Virus record (IMG/VR): IMGVR_UViG_3300027550_000001
Source of the DNA: a virus
Direction: 5' to 3' (one strand)
DNA: 35,117 nucleotides
Both the position numbers and the translations under genes were made by a program. Shown piece after piece: positions 4,118 to 13,189 of this stretch (its first letter is position 1; the number at the start of each line of letters is the position of its first letter). The notes beneath the pieces were generated by a model. The model was not told where the DNA came from. It ran no database searches and was given only the letters and a program-made list of their open reading frames with translations.

Positions 4118-6133
4118 TTACAGCTGCTTTACAATTGCTGCCCAGGTTCGCTCCTCCGATAAATATCGAATTTCTAAAGTTACTTTGCCAACTTGGATAG
4201 GGCTCTGGAAACTTTGGAAAAAATGCGCAAGTGCTCCTCTTACCCGAATGCTGCCATTCGATTTAAAGGAAGTTTCGGGAACATACGGTAAATGTTTGAT
4301 TATATTATAAATTTGAGTTGCGTTTTTGTGAGTGCCAATTCCTAATGCGTTGATTAGAGTTGAAGCAATCGAAAACCTTCGGAAATCTTTGTTGTTTTCT
4401 TGATTTAGAGCAGCAAAAGCCTTTTTTTCTGTGCTCAATTTGCAAAACCCGATTCGCTCCGAATTTCCTATAATCTGGCTGCAGATTTCGTAGATAATCG
4501 GTTTTGGAGGGATACCCTCTCGCATTTTCACTGCATTTAAGGTAATAAACCTTGAAAGATTTAATTCTTGATAATTTTTAATCCATTCATCATATTCATT
4601 TTCATTTTCAGGTTCAGGGAACCAAGGCGCGATAGTGAACGCCACATCCAGTTGTGCGAATATGTCACTTGAGCCGCGAAATGCGGTTTCCATTCCACTA
4701 TACCAATTTGGTTTTTTCGATGTTTCGCGTTTAGGGGTATGGTGGGCAAAGACGATAGAACAATTGGTTTGACCTGTAATATAATTAAAAGCATCTCTCA
4801 GCATTGATACGCTTTCGGCGTTATTCTCGCTAACTCCGGCAGATAGCGATACATATGGATCAAGAATTAATAATTTGCAATTGTTCTCATTAATATAATC
4901 GGCTATTTCCGTAAGTCGGTCATATTCCAATATAACTTTTTGATGTTTAGAAGATGCGATTTTCACTCCGCCCGACTCTTTGCCGATTAAAGATATATTA
5001 TTAATAGTTGATATATTATAATGGAGAGCAAACGCATTTATTCGTCTTTTCAGATCATCTACTCTTTCTTCATTTGCTATCCAAAGCACCGGATGTCCAA
5101 TTTCAGCATTAGGAAATCCCATATTTTCAAAACTCCGTGTAGCGGCACAGATTGCTAAAGCGGTAAGCCAACGGGTTTTACCGACTCCGGACGCGCCCGC
5201 AAGGCCAATCGTGCCTCCTTGCGGAATGATAGCGGGTACTAACCATTCAATAGGATCGGTAGCTAAATCCTCAAATGAATTAATTTTAACTGGTGAAAGT
5301 TTGGTTTGATTGTTGAGATTTTCTTTTGATTCATTACTGGGTTCGGTTTTACATTTGCGAACTGCCGATAAGGCAAGAGTTGGTATTTTAGAAAATCGAT
5401 TTAACCAATCCGTATGACGCGAATGGGAAGGGTTGGCGGCCACCGATTCTCTCATTAAGCCGCGCAAATATTCTATAATATCATTAAATGGTATTTGAAA
5501 GTTAGCAAGGGATAAAGCGATAGCGCGGAGCGACGGATAAAGAGAGGTCGCGGATTTTATTTTTTGTTCGAATTCGTCTAGGTTGAAGCGCGATGGCATG
5601 GCATCGGCTTCTGAATTGTTGGTTTTAGAGCCTTGTAGAATTAGAATTAATTCTTGTGATATTTCGGGAGGTTCTTTATCTATTAAAGCAGCATATCCTT
5701 TTGAACCTGCCCAGCAAATATAACCGCCATTTGTTTTAATATCGATTCCTTTACTTCCCGGAGGGGCAGCTGGAAAAGTAATGCCTTTAGGATGTTTGAA
5801 AATATAATGGGTTCCCCCATTGGCTGTAGTATGTATTCGCGCATCCTTTAGCAAATGGTAATGGTTGCGCACCCAATCTGCGGTGGTGCCTTTGTAAGTA
5901 TCGACATCGACACAAAGCAAACCGCTAGCCTCGCCGGTGGGGACAGCAACGTCGGTAGCGCGGGGATGGTCAAAAAGCCTACGAATTTGGTCGGGATTGA
6001 CTGTTGCGATTTTGTAACCTCCCTCGCTTGGCCCTACACCTAACTCTTTGTTTGACCAGACAGGTATTTTTTTGCAGGTAGGAAAAACAGGAAATCCACT
6101 GGCCGCAACAGAAAGCGCGAGATCTAGTAGCAT
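4118..6133 (-). CDS. Bifunctional primase-polymerase (prim-pol) fused to an AAA_25/RepA-like ATPase (replicative primase-helicase)
   Basis: N-terminal prim-pol motifs: GFPVFP, LLCVDVDTYKG (DxD), TANGGTHYIFKHP, IKTNGGYICWAGS. C-terminal P-loop: GTIGLAGASGVGKTRWLTALAICAA (Walker A) and CKLLILDPYVS (Walker B). The ORF track starts at TTG 6166. The ATG at 6133 (MLLDLALSVAASGFPVFP), with AGGA 8 nt upstream, is more plausible. Confidence 0.85.
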   Translation of the reverse strand: MLLDLALSVAASGFPVFPTCKKIPVWSNKELGVGPSEGGYKIATVNPDQIRRLFDHPRATDVAVPTGEASGLLCVDVDTYKGTTADWVRNHYHLLKDARIHTTANGGTHYIFKHPKGITFPAAPPGSKGIDIKTNGGYICWAGSKGYAALIDKEPPEISQELILILQGSKTNNSEADAMPSRFNLDEFEQKIKSATSLYPSLRAIALSLANFQIPFNDIIEYLRGLMRESVAANPSHSRHTDWLNRFSKIPTLALSAVRKCKTEPSNESKENLNNQTKLSPVKINSFEDLATDPIEWLVPAIIPQGGTIGLAGASGVGKTRWLTALAICAATRSFENMGFPNAEIGHPVLWIANEERVDDLKRRINAFALHYNISTINNISLIGKESGGVKIASSKHQKVILEYDRLTEIADYINENNCKLLILDPYVSLSAGVSENNAESVSMLRDAFNYITGQTNCSIVFAHHTPKRETSKKPNWYSGMETAFRGSSDIFAQLDVAFTIAPWFPEPENENEYDEWIKNYQELNLSRFITLNAVKMREGIPPKPIIYEICSQIIGNSERIGFCKLSTEKKAFAALNQENNKDFRRFSIASTLINALGIGTHKNATQIYNIIKHLPYVPETSFKSNGSIRVRGALAHFFQSFQSPIQVGKVTLEIRYLSEERTWAAIVKQL

Positions 6134-6155
6134 CGAAAAAATCCTAAGTTTTTTG

Positions 6156-6184
6156 TTGACAGACAAGATTCGAGTACCTACTAT
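6156..6184 (+). promoter_or_regulatory. Sigma70-type promoter for the rightward operon
   Basis: TTGACA (6156..6161), 17-nt spacer, TACTAT (6179..6184). It overlaps the extreme 5' end of the divergent primase ORF. Confidence 0.6.
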
Positions 6185-6228
6185 ACATACATCCTGCGGA
6201 TGCGCAATGCAGAAATCGGAGCAAACCC

Positions 6229-7314
6229 GTGAACCCCATCGGATTTTGTCTGTCTAATATTTTAAAGGATATGATAATCGAAAATTCCGCTAGCTTAGCC
6301 CGGAAATGGACATATGACCGGGATAGATTTCTAAATTCCAGCGAAGCTGGGGTATGTTTACGGCGGCTATGGTTTGAAAAGATAGGGAATACAAACAAGG
6401 AAGCTCAGCATAGAATAGAGAAAATTTCTGGCGCGGCGAAGCGTGGAGTAATAATAGAATCTTATGTAAAGAAGTATCTTGATGAGATAAATGGCGGGAA
6501 ACGCGGTAATATATTATTCGATGATGAAAGAGGAAATTTGAGAATAAACGCCGCTAATCTCTTGTCGGGAAATCCTGATTTTGTTTATGATGGAGATATT
6601 AAAGATAGGGAATCCAAAGTTTATATAGGAGAGATTAAGTCCCTATCGCAGGATAGATTCAAAACGGTTGCCGCGCAAGGGCCATTCATAGCTCATTTAA
6701 AGCAATTAACAGCAAACATGACGCTTGCCAAAACAACCTATCCTGGATATAAGCTTTCTAAATTGAGGGGATTGTTGTTATATGTAGATTGCAGTGATTT
6801 AGATAAAATCTTAGAGTTTAAAACTGATGAATTGACGTATAAAGATGCGTTTTCCAAATTGTATGAATTGGAAGAGAGGGCAAAACGGCTGTTTAGTGCA
6901 AAAACTCAAGACGAGATCCCGGCAGAGGGGATATTGAACGATGATTGCGATTGTTCGTTCTGTCCATTTACACAAGAGTGCCATTTCCCTAATAGAAAAG
7001 GGTTAGAAAAGCAAAAAGTTGAAATGCCACAAGGGCTTCTCGATGAACTTGTCGGGGCATCCCTTAATATGAAAAGGGCTAAATCAGATTTGGCGACCGC
7101 GCGCGAAAAGATTATTGAATGTTTTGGGCGTGGGAATTATGGAATTTCTGAATCTGAAAATGGTGATTATGTGGCATTTTATTCAAAATGCGAGCGATCC
7201 GGGGGAGTTGATGTAATCAAAATGATGGAGAATGGAGTTTCTTGTGCTGATTATATGAAACCTCCCATCACATATGATAGGGTGACACTCAAAAAGAGAG
7301 AAGAAAATGAGTAA
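6229..7314 (+). CDS. PD-(D/E)XK Cas4/RecB-like exonuclease with a 4-Cys cluster
   Basis: N-terminal Cys in GVCLRRLWFEK, nuclease motifs NPDFVYDG and YIGEIKS, then C-terminal CSFCPFTQEC (CxxCxxxxxC). This is the classic Cas4-family arrangement. GTG start with GGAG 7 nt upstream. Confidence 0.75.
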   Translation: MNPIGFCLSNILKDMIIENSASLARKWTYDRDRFLNSSEAGVCLRRLWFEKIGNTNKEAQHRIEKISGAAKRGVIIESYVKKYLDEINGGKRGNILFDDERGNLRINAANLLSGNPDFVYDGDIKDRESKVYIGEIKSLSQDRFKTVAAQGPFIAHLKQLTANMTLAKTTYPGYKLSKLRGLLLYVDCSDLDKILEFKTDELTYKDAFSKLYELEERAKRLFSAKTQDEIPAEGILNDDCDCSFCPFTQECHFPNRKGLEKQKVEMPQGLLDELVGASLNMKRAKSDLATAREKIIECFGRGNYGISESENGDYVAFYSKCERSGGVDVIKMMENGVSCADYMKPPITYDRVTLKKREENE

Positions 7315-7903
7315 CTCGAATGAATTAATACCCCATCCCTCCTCCGCATGGGCAGATGCTGCGGCACCATTGGACAAAACAAATGTGTTAGCTGCATTAA
7401 AAAAATATGAGAGGACTAGATTGAAATCGAGGCCTATTTTCCTTTCTTTTTCCGGTAGGTCAGGATTGTATACCGCAAGCGATGGATACCCTGTGCCCGA
7501 AGGTGAATGTATCATATCTCCTAAATCCTTTTTTGAAGGATACATTCTATGGGAGAATGGAAGAGTAAAATCTCAAGTGCGCCGATTTTTGATGGAAAAT
7601 ACGCCCTTACCATCAAGGGATGAATTCCCGGAAGGTGAGGAGGGAGAATGGCGCGATCAAATGGGCTTTTTAGCGATGCCAAGGGATAAAAGATACCTGC
7701 GCTATGTATTTAGTACGTCCAGCAGATCTGGATTGCGTGCGGTTCAAGGGGTTATTCGGAGCGTGGTAAATTATTATGAAACCGAACAAAATGGAAACCA
7801 TCCTGTTATTCTATTTTCATCTGAGCCTTTTATGGCTAAGCATGGTATGAAACACATGAAGCCTGTATTTAACATTGTTGATTGGGAGAAAGAAGATGCC
7901 TAA
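7307..7903 (+). CDS. Hypothetical protein (198 aa), translationally coupled to the nuclease
   Basis: ORF track. It overlaps the nuclease stop (ATGAGTAA). No motif recognised, so a role as recombination partner rests on position only. Confidence 0.6.
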   Translation: MSNSNELIPHPSSAWADAAAPLDKTNVLAALKKYERTRLKSRPIFLSFSGRSGLYTASDGYPVPEGECIISPKSFFEGYILWENGRVKSQVRRFLMENTPLPSRDEFPEGEEGEWRDQMGFLAMPRDKRYLRYVFSTSSRSGLRAVQGVIRSVVNYYETEQNGNHPVILFSSEPFMAKHGMKHMKPVFNIVDWEKEDA

Positions 7904-8225
7904 AACACTTGCTTTCAAAGAAACCAGAAAATCATTGCGTGTTCCTAAATCTTTTGCCGATATTTTCAAGCGGCTATGCCGTGCTGTGAGGATGAAAAAA
8001 GATGGTGACCCCATTACTCTAGATTTAGAACAGATTTTGCAAGCTTTTGATAATATAGCCAAATCCGGGCCCCAAGAGATGGCGGATGTGACTGTAATAA
8101 TCCCTGAGGATTCTCTCAAAACTTTGATGTTTTTAAGTACTATTTCGCGTAATATAGCGAAATATGAATATTTCAAGTATGATGATTCAATAGTGCTCTC
8201 GATGTTGGGCAGGTTAGAAAAATGA
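7896..8225 (+). CDS. Hypothetical protein (109 aa from ATG 7896)
   Basis: The ORF track starts at TTG 7875. The in-frame ATG at 7896 has GGGAGAA upstream and overlaps the previous stop (ATGCCTAA). Confidence 0.55.
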   Translation: MPKTLAFKETRKSLRVPKSFADIFKRLCRAVRMKKDGDPITLDLEQILQAFDNIAKSGPQEMADVTVIIPEDSLKTLMFLSTISRNIAKYEYFKYDDSIVLSMLGRLEK

Positions 8226-8253
8226 GCCCGCGCGGGAAATGGAAATATAGCAA

Positions 8254-8724
8254 ATGACTACTTTGATTGGTTCGTTAATTGGGATTTTGTCTTCTATGCT
8301 TCCCTCGTTATTTGATCTTTTCAAGATGAGGCATGATGGAAGACAGGAAATACTATTAATGGAATTGCAATTGAAGTATCGTCAGCAAACAGCAGACTTA
8401 ACATTGGATTTAAAGGGGTTAGAATTGGATCAAGCAGCATTAATTGCTGACGTTCAGGAGCACCGGGATGCCTTGCGTCATGATGCTGAATTGTTAGGGA
8501 AGGCATCTAAATTTGTTGCATCTTATGCGGCCATGGTTAGACCGAACATTACATATTTATTGGTAATTGAGATAATGATGTTGACAATATTTGCCGGATT
8601 GGGATATGTCAGCTTAGAATGGTATCAAGTAATTTGGAATGAAGGTACCCAAGGCATATTTTCGACCATCATTATGTTTTATTTCGGCAATCGGTCATTT
8701 AACCGTAATCGCCGTTGGACCTAA
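8254..8724 (+). CDS. Putative holin, 3-TM (resembles the GTA-type holin of 3TMs)
   Basis: N-terminal hydrophobic helix LIGSLIGILSSMLPSLF, a charged coiled middle, then two C-terminal TM segments (ITYLLVIEIMMLTIFAGLGYV and GIFSTIIMFYFG). It lies two genes upstream of the lysozyme. Confidence 0.45.
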   Translation: MTTLIGSLIGILSSMLPSLFDLFKMRHDGRQEILLMELQLKYRQQTADLTLDLKGLELDQAALIADVQEHRDALRHDAELLGKASKFVASYAAMVRPNITYLLVIEIMMLTIFAGLGYVSLEWYQVIWNEGTQGIFSTIIMFYFGNRSFNRNRRWT

Positions 8725-8741
8725 CCCAAGAGGAAAGATAA

Positions 8742-9293
8742 ATGAGCAATGAAACTAACAACTCGGGAACTAGTGAGACTTATGTCAAAGCACAAGAACC
8801 TTTGAATGAAAGTTGGTTTGGTTTTGATCTGCTTGATGGTGTGACATGCACCGAGGCGGAAAGAACAATGACTATTCATGAGGGCAAAAGATTGTTCCGT
8901 TTCCGGTTAGACAATGCGGAATTAAAAGGAAATGCAATCCCTTTCAATGTGAAGGAAGGTCAAGAATGGGAGTATTCAAAAATATACATTCCATCTGGAG
9001 TAGATGCTTTACTTCTTATATCGCCCACTGTTTACATTTGGGCAAAAGAGGATAAGGCGTCCCTACTAAATGATTTCATAGATAGAGTTTTTTCTTCTGA
9101 CAAAGGGGTCAATGTAAATAGCATAAAAATATCAAATGCTAAATTGGCTCATTATTCGGTAGCACAAGAAGAAAAAGAGCGCCTTTTGTCGGCATGGATT
9201 GAGCGAGCTACGGTGCTATTTCCGATCAATGAGAAATATTTTGAGGGGATTCTTACTGATGAAATGCTATATCCAAAAGATGTTAGCTGGTAA
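8742..9293 (+). CDS. Hypothetical protein (183 aa) between the holin-like and lysozyme genes
   Basis: ORF track. No TM segment, lipobox or known motif seen. Confidence 0.55.
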   Translation: MSNETNNSGTSETYVKAQEPLNESWFGFDLLDGVTCTEAERTMTIHEGKRLFRFRLDNAELKGNAIPFNVKEGQEWEYSKIYIPSGVDALLLISPTVYIWAKEDKASLLNDFIDRVFSSDKGVNVNSIKISNAKLAHYSVAQEEKERLLSAWIERATVLFPINEKYFEGILTDEMLYPKDVSW

Positions 9294-9316
9294 TTCGCTG
9301 CATAAAGTAGTCACCG

Positions 9317-10354
9317 ATGACTAAATTGTTTGTACCCACGTTAGAAATAACGTGGGTTGCATTATCGGTGGGCTTATTTATTTGGGTGGTCGGTGGTTTT
9401 TTCTATGGGTTGGAAGGGGAGAGAAAAAAAATGGGGAAAAACCCCGAACCGCCCAAGACGGAGACATCGGCGTTTTTGGCGCGCCAGCGTTTGCTAATGG
9501 GACATTCTGCTGAGAATGGAAAAGAGGAGAGAAAAGAGGAGGGAAAAGAGGAGGGGAACGAAGGAATCCCTCCGGTAAAAGTTGCATCATTAAAAAAGGA
9601 AAGAAATAAACAGCCCCTACCTGACCCTCGCGATGAACACCAGGGACGTCCCAAAAACGGTGATAGTCACTTTCAGCCTCTAAAGTCGTCAGCTAGGCAT
9701 CAGGTTAAAGAAGCTTCTAACGAGCCAATCTCTCGCTCTTTAGCGCCCATCGGACCCGAAGATCAGAGGGAACCCAGTGGCCGTCCGGATTCTGGGATAG
9801 GGGATGTCTCCTTTGCCAAACCTAATGATGAACCTTCGTCAGAGGGACCCTTAGGAGAAGATGCCAGTCTGGAGGTCTCAAGTCAAGTAAAAAATAAACT
9901 CCCCTTACGGTGCAGCCAATGGACAATTGATCTTATCAAACATTTTGAGGGATTTTCGGCACGACCTTATAAGTGCTCTGCCAATGTGTATACCATCGGA
10001 TATGGCACAACTTACGGAGCGAGTGGCAGACTTATCAATCATGACCATCCGCCGATCAATCGGAGTAGAGCCGAAGAATTATTGATACGAGATATGTATC
10101 ATATAGAACGCGGATTACTGCGGATTGTAAAGGTAAAGTTGAAGCACCACGAATGGGGGGCTTTATGTTCTTTAGCCTATAATATAGGATTGCCACAATT
10201 GGCAGCATCTACGCTTTTGCGGAAATTGAATCGGGGAGAAAAAGAAGAGGCCGCCAATGAATTCCCTCGATGGGTATATGCTGGCCGTACTTTTTTAAAA
10301 GGATTAAAGCGGCGACGCCTGATAGAAAGAAACATGTTTCTGGGGGATGTATGA
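9317..10354 (+). CDS. Endolysin: N-terminal TM anchor, ~190-aa low-complexity linker, GH24 (P22/T4-type) lysozyme domain
   Basis: TM segment ITWVALSVGLFIWVVGGFFYGL. The linker is rich in E/K/P/G (EERKEEGKEEGNEG). The catalytic domain HFEGFSARPYKCSANVYTIGYGTT...EWGALCSLAYNIG...LKRRRLIERNMFLG aligns with P22 gp19 EGERLKAYSDSRGIPTIGVGHT...QYDALCSLIFNIG...RRRRERALFL. Confidence 0.85.
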   Translation: MTKLFVPTLEITWVALSVGLFIWVVGGFFYGLEGERKKMGKNPEPPKTETSAFLARQRLLMGHSAENGKEERKEEGKEEGNEGIPPVKVASLKKERNKQPLPDPRDEHQGRPKNGDSHFQPLKSSARHQVKEASNEPISRSLAPIGPEDQREPSGRPDSGIGDVSFAKPNDEPSSEGPLGEDASLEVSSQVKNKLPLRCSQWTIDLIKHFEGFSARPYKCSANVYTIGYGTTYGASGRLINHDHPPINRSRAEELLIRDMYHIERGLLRIVKVKLKHHEWGALCSLAYNIGLPQLAASTLLRKLNRGEKEEAANEFPRWVYAGRTFLKGLKRRRLIERNMFLGDV

Positions 10355-10695
10355 TGAATACCGGAACTTATATTAGGCTCAGAAGAAAAGAGCGTGGATT
10401 GTCTTTACGCTCATTAGCGGATCAAGCGGAAATGTCGGCGGCTTATCTTTCGGCTATTGAAAGAAATAAAATGCTGCCACCTTCCGTGCGTTTATTAACT
10501 AAAATAGCTAGAGTTTTGGGAATTAACCCAGATTCATTAATAATTATGGCTGGGAAATTGCCGCCTGATGTGGAAGTGCTGATAAAAAGATTCCCATTTG
10601 AAATATGCGATATAATTAGATATGTAGGTGGTTTGACATCGGATGAAAGGGCCCATTTAATAAATGATATTATTGAAAACAAAAATGCGGTTTGA
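10351..10695 (+). CDS. XRE-family HTH regulator (114 aa from ATG 10351)
   Basis: IRLRRKERGLSLRSLADQAEMSAAYLSAIERNKMLPPSVRLLTKIARVLGINPDSLIIMAG. The ATG at 10351 overlaps the lysozyme stop (ATGA). The ORF-track start at 10270 lies inside the lysozyme gene. Confidence 0.8.
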   Translation: MMNTGTYIRLRRKERGLSLRSLADQAEMSAAYLSAIERNKMLPPSVRLLTKIARVLGINPDSLIIMAGKLPPDVEVLIKRFPFEICDIIRYVGGLTSDERAHLINDIIENKNAV

Positions 10696-11093
10696 GGGCC
10701 GAAAAAGTACTTGACATTCGCGCCGAGGTTCGATATAACCGGATTTTGCCGGTCGGGAAGGTAATTGTGGAAGAAAAAAAGAAAGGGAAAGGAGGAAGGC
10801 CTAAAGGTAGCTGTAGTAACCAAACCGCAGTATTGCGAACTGCGATAATAAAAGCCGCTGAATATGTAGGAAATGAGGATTTCCCCGAAATCCAAAACGA
10901 AATAGGGGACGGATTGACTGCATATTTAATCTCGGCAGCTAGAGATAACCCAGCTGGTTTCTTGCGATTATTGGGCCAGGTTTTGCCACATATAAAGACT
11001 GACAATAGTGGCATGGTGTATAATTTACATCTGGATTTTTCTTCACCTGCAATAGGTGCCATTCAACATGAGGAAACGAATAATGACCGTTGA
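10692..11093 (+). CDS. Hypothetical basic protein; weak candidate for a DNA-binding or small-terminase-like protein
   Basis: KKKGKGGRPKGS followed by a helical region ending in AGFLRLLGQVLP resembles the N-terminal DNA-binding segments of some small terminases. This is from memory and unverified. TTG start overlaps the previous stop. Confidence 0.4.
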   Translation: MRAEKVLDIRAEVRYNRILPVGKVIVEEKKKGKGGRPKGSCSNQTAVLRTAIIKAAEYVGNEDFPEIQNEIGDGLTAYLISAARDNPAGFLRLLGQVLPHIKTDNSGMVYNLHLDFSSPAIGAIQHEETNNDR

Positions 11094-11586
11094 AGCTTTG
11101 AACGATGTATCTTTTTATGTCGAAGAATTGCGCGTTAAATATGACGAGCAAACTGGTTGTCTTTATCCGTTACATATGGCGGAAATGAGCAATGTTAGGA
11201 TTGCTAATCTAACGCAGGGAGATGAATTTAATGATCTAAGCGCTGCGGGATTGGAGTTTTCCTTTGGGTTTGAAACTGAGGTCATTAAAAAGTTAAAAAC
11301 GGGTTCGGTTACCTTGAAAGCCCTTGCGGGTCATTCGACCGAATGGAAAGATGCGCTAGTCTTCTATCGATATACCCTTGGTAGTCCGGTGTTGATGTAT
11401 GCAACCATTCCCCCAACGGAGATTTCGACGAAATTAACGATGCCGGATATACCGGATATGTCTTTTAAAGGTCACCTTAGACGGGGATTGGTTTATAATG
11501 ACAACTTGATTAAAGGCTTTAGCTTTAATAGCTTGCGCGATCAGCAGCCGACCCAATCTTCAGTCCCTCCGGCGGGAAGCCGTTAA
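11083..11586 (+). CDS. Hypothetical protein (167 aa from ATG 11083)
   Basis: ORF track (11056..11586). The ATG at 11083 has GAGGAAA upstream and avoids most of the overlap with the previous gene. Confidence 0.55.
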   Translation: MTVEALNDVSFYVEELRVKYDEQTGCLYPLHMAEMSNVRIANLTQGDEFNDLSAAGLEFSFGFETEVIKKLKTGSVTLKALAGHSTEWKDALVFYRYTLGSPVLMYATIPPTEISTKLTMPDIPDMSFKGHLRRGLVYNDNLIKGFSFNSLRDQQPTQSSVPPAGSR

Positions 11587-11595
11587 GTATAAATT

Positions 11596-11630
11596 ATACG
11601 CGCCAGTAATTACTGGCGCGTATTTTATTA
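11596..11630 (+). terminator. Strong intrinsic terminator
   Basis: Perfect 28-nt palindrome atacgcgccagtaattactggcgcgtat (11596..11623) followed by tttatta. Confidence 0.8.
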
Positions 11631-11642
11631 GAGGTATTTGTA

Positions 11643-12020
11643 ATGCTAGATGCGCAAAAAAAAGAGACAGATTGGGACCCTAGGCTTCGCGCTTTTTTAA
11701 TTGGAAAAATGTTGCGGTTGACGGATGGTGTGATCTGTTCAGATCCGGATCGCGACTTTTGGGATGCTTGCTTTGAAGGCATCGAAAAATGCAAAAATGA
11801 TATTGAAGGTATTAATAAATTAGTACAGGCTGCGGGAGGGTTCAAGTTATTTCGGGAAGAATTGGACTACTATATGAAAAATAGTAAAATAAAAAGTGAT
11901 TTTGTGAACCTATTTGAAAATAAAGTAAAAGTGATAGTAGAGGACACGGTGGTAAATTGGTTTTTGTGGAAAATTCAAGCTGAATTACCTTCTTTCGCGG
12001 AGTACTCCAAAGATGAATAA
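11643..12020 (+). CDS. Hypothetical protein (125 aa)
   Basis: ORF track. First gene after the terminator. Confidence 0.55.
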   Translation: MLDAQKKETDWDPRLRAFLIGKMLRLTDGVICSDPDRDFWDACFEGIEKCKNDIEGINKLVQAAGGFKLFREELDYYMKNSKIKSDFVNLFENKVKVIVEDTVVNWFLWKIQAELPSFAEYSKDE

Positions 12021-12537
12021 AGATTTGCCACTCCAACTTCTTTGTAATCATCCAGAATTGCACAAGGAAGATGTAATTACTTTGCCTTCAATAGCACTTG
12101 AAGGTGGGAAATCGTTTCCTCCTTATAGGTGGATGAGTGGAGATCATGCGGATGATGGATGTATAGATTTGGGTCCCTTCAAAATACCGGATGGCATTTA
12201 CGAATGCCGCATGGCATCTTCTTTGCCTAAAAATTTGATGTTCCAAAGTATAAATCTATCCCCTTGCCGGTTGGTGGATTTAAAATTGGAGCAAAAAACA
12301 CAAAGTGGGGTAACTGTTTTGCATTTGAAAGAATTGATAAATAATTCTTTGCAACCTGCTATGTGCATAATGGCTTTTGGGTTGTCACATGAGAATTTAA
12401 TAGGGAGGTGTAAGAATGGCGATTATTTGTTACAGGGAATAATGGATTTTACGCTTTCTATTCATCTATCCATTGGTATTATTTCCGGAAAGGCGGAAGA
12501 TGTTACCTTTGGATGTTCAGTTTTTGATTGGGTATAA
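12013..12537 (+). CDS. Hypothetical protein (174 aa)
   Basis: ORF track. 8-nt overlap with the upstream gene. Confidence 0.55.
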   Translation: MNKDLPLQLLCNHPELHKEDVITLPSIALEGGKSFPPYRWMSGDHADDGCIDLGPFKIPDGIYECRMASSLPKNLMFQSINLSPCRLVDLKLEQKTQSGVTVLHLKELINNSLQPAMCIMAFGLSHENLIGRCKNGDYLLQGIMDFTLSIHLSIGIISGKAEDVTFGCSVFDWV

Positions 12538-12541
12538 AACA

Positions 12542-13177
12542 ATGGAAAAACAAATCAGGATAATAATCCCCGAACCGAGCGCACTTGAAGACCTCTCTTA
12601 CCCTCATTACGGGGCTATTGGTGAGGTGGGTTCATTTGACTTAGATTCCTTGCCAATTAGTAATGCAACAATTACAGATTTGCATTTTGTGGATAATGGC
12701 CCAAAATTGCAATTAAATGGAATATTCAAGCCAACCACGACATTGGAAAAGAAATATAAAGTTAATTCCCATTGGTTATTGGGGCGCGATGTAAATGTCG
12801 AAATTGCAAATAATATGCAAATCTCCCAATGTTCAATTGAGGACATTTCATTTCAAATCGATTCTGCCCATACGTGGTCGCAGCCATTCAATCTTAATAG
12901 ACTTTTGTTTAAAGAGTTTTCCTCTAGCGATTTTAAGCATTTATGGTTAAGTAATGTTTCATTCAAGGAATTCATGTTGAGATTTAAAGATTATTTGAAT
13001 ACTTGGTTATTTCAAGGCATTATTGCTTCAGCAGAGGTACATATAGATTGGACACCACCTCCCGATACTAAATTGCCATGGGAAGGCAGATTGGGAGTTT
13101 TCGGGAAAATACGTAATGTTAGATGCTATACTAAAGGTAGTAGTTGGATAGTTGGCCGTCCCATTCCAAAATCATAA
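12542..13177 (+). CDS. Hypothetical protein (211 aa from ATG 12542)
   Basis: The ORF-track frame begins at 12473. The ATG at 12542 (MEKQIRIII) begins 5 nt after the previous stop. Confidence 0.55.
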   Translation: MEKQIRIIIPEPSALEDLSYPHYGAIGEVGSFDLDSLPISNATITDLHFVDNGPKLQLNGIFKPTTTLEKKYKVNSHWLLGRDVNVEIANNMQISQCSIEDISFQIDSAHTWSQPFNLNRLLFKEFSSSDFKHLWLSNVSFKEFMLRFKDYLNTWLFQGIIASAEVHIDWTPPPDTKLPWEGRLGVFGKIRNVRCYTKGSSWIVGRPIPKS

Positions 13178-13189
13178 AGAGGTTTTATC

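Noticed and set aside
4071-4310. Plus-strand 79-aa ORF at the 3' end of the primase-helicase gene
   Set aside because: It is antisense to a strongly supported 671-aa gene, with no RBS and no recognisable motif.
9378-9654. Minus-strand ORFs 9378..9590 and 9403..9654 (Pro/Ser/Phe-rich)
   Set aside because: They are antisense readings of the purine-rich low-complexity linker of the endolysin gene.
12473-12541. 65-nt overlap between ORFs 12013..12537 and 12473..13177 as a programmed frameshift site
   Set aside because: The downstream frame is +1 relative to the upstream one and I saw no slippery heptamer. A good ATG at 12542, 5 nt after the upstream stop, explains the second gene without frameshifting.
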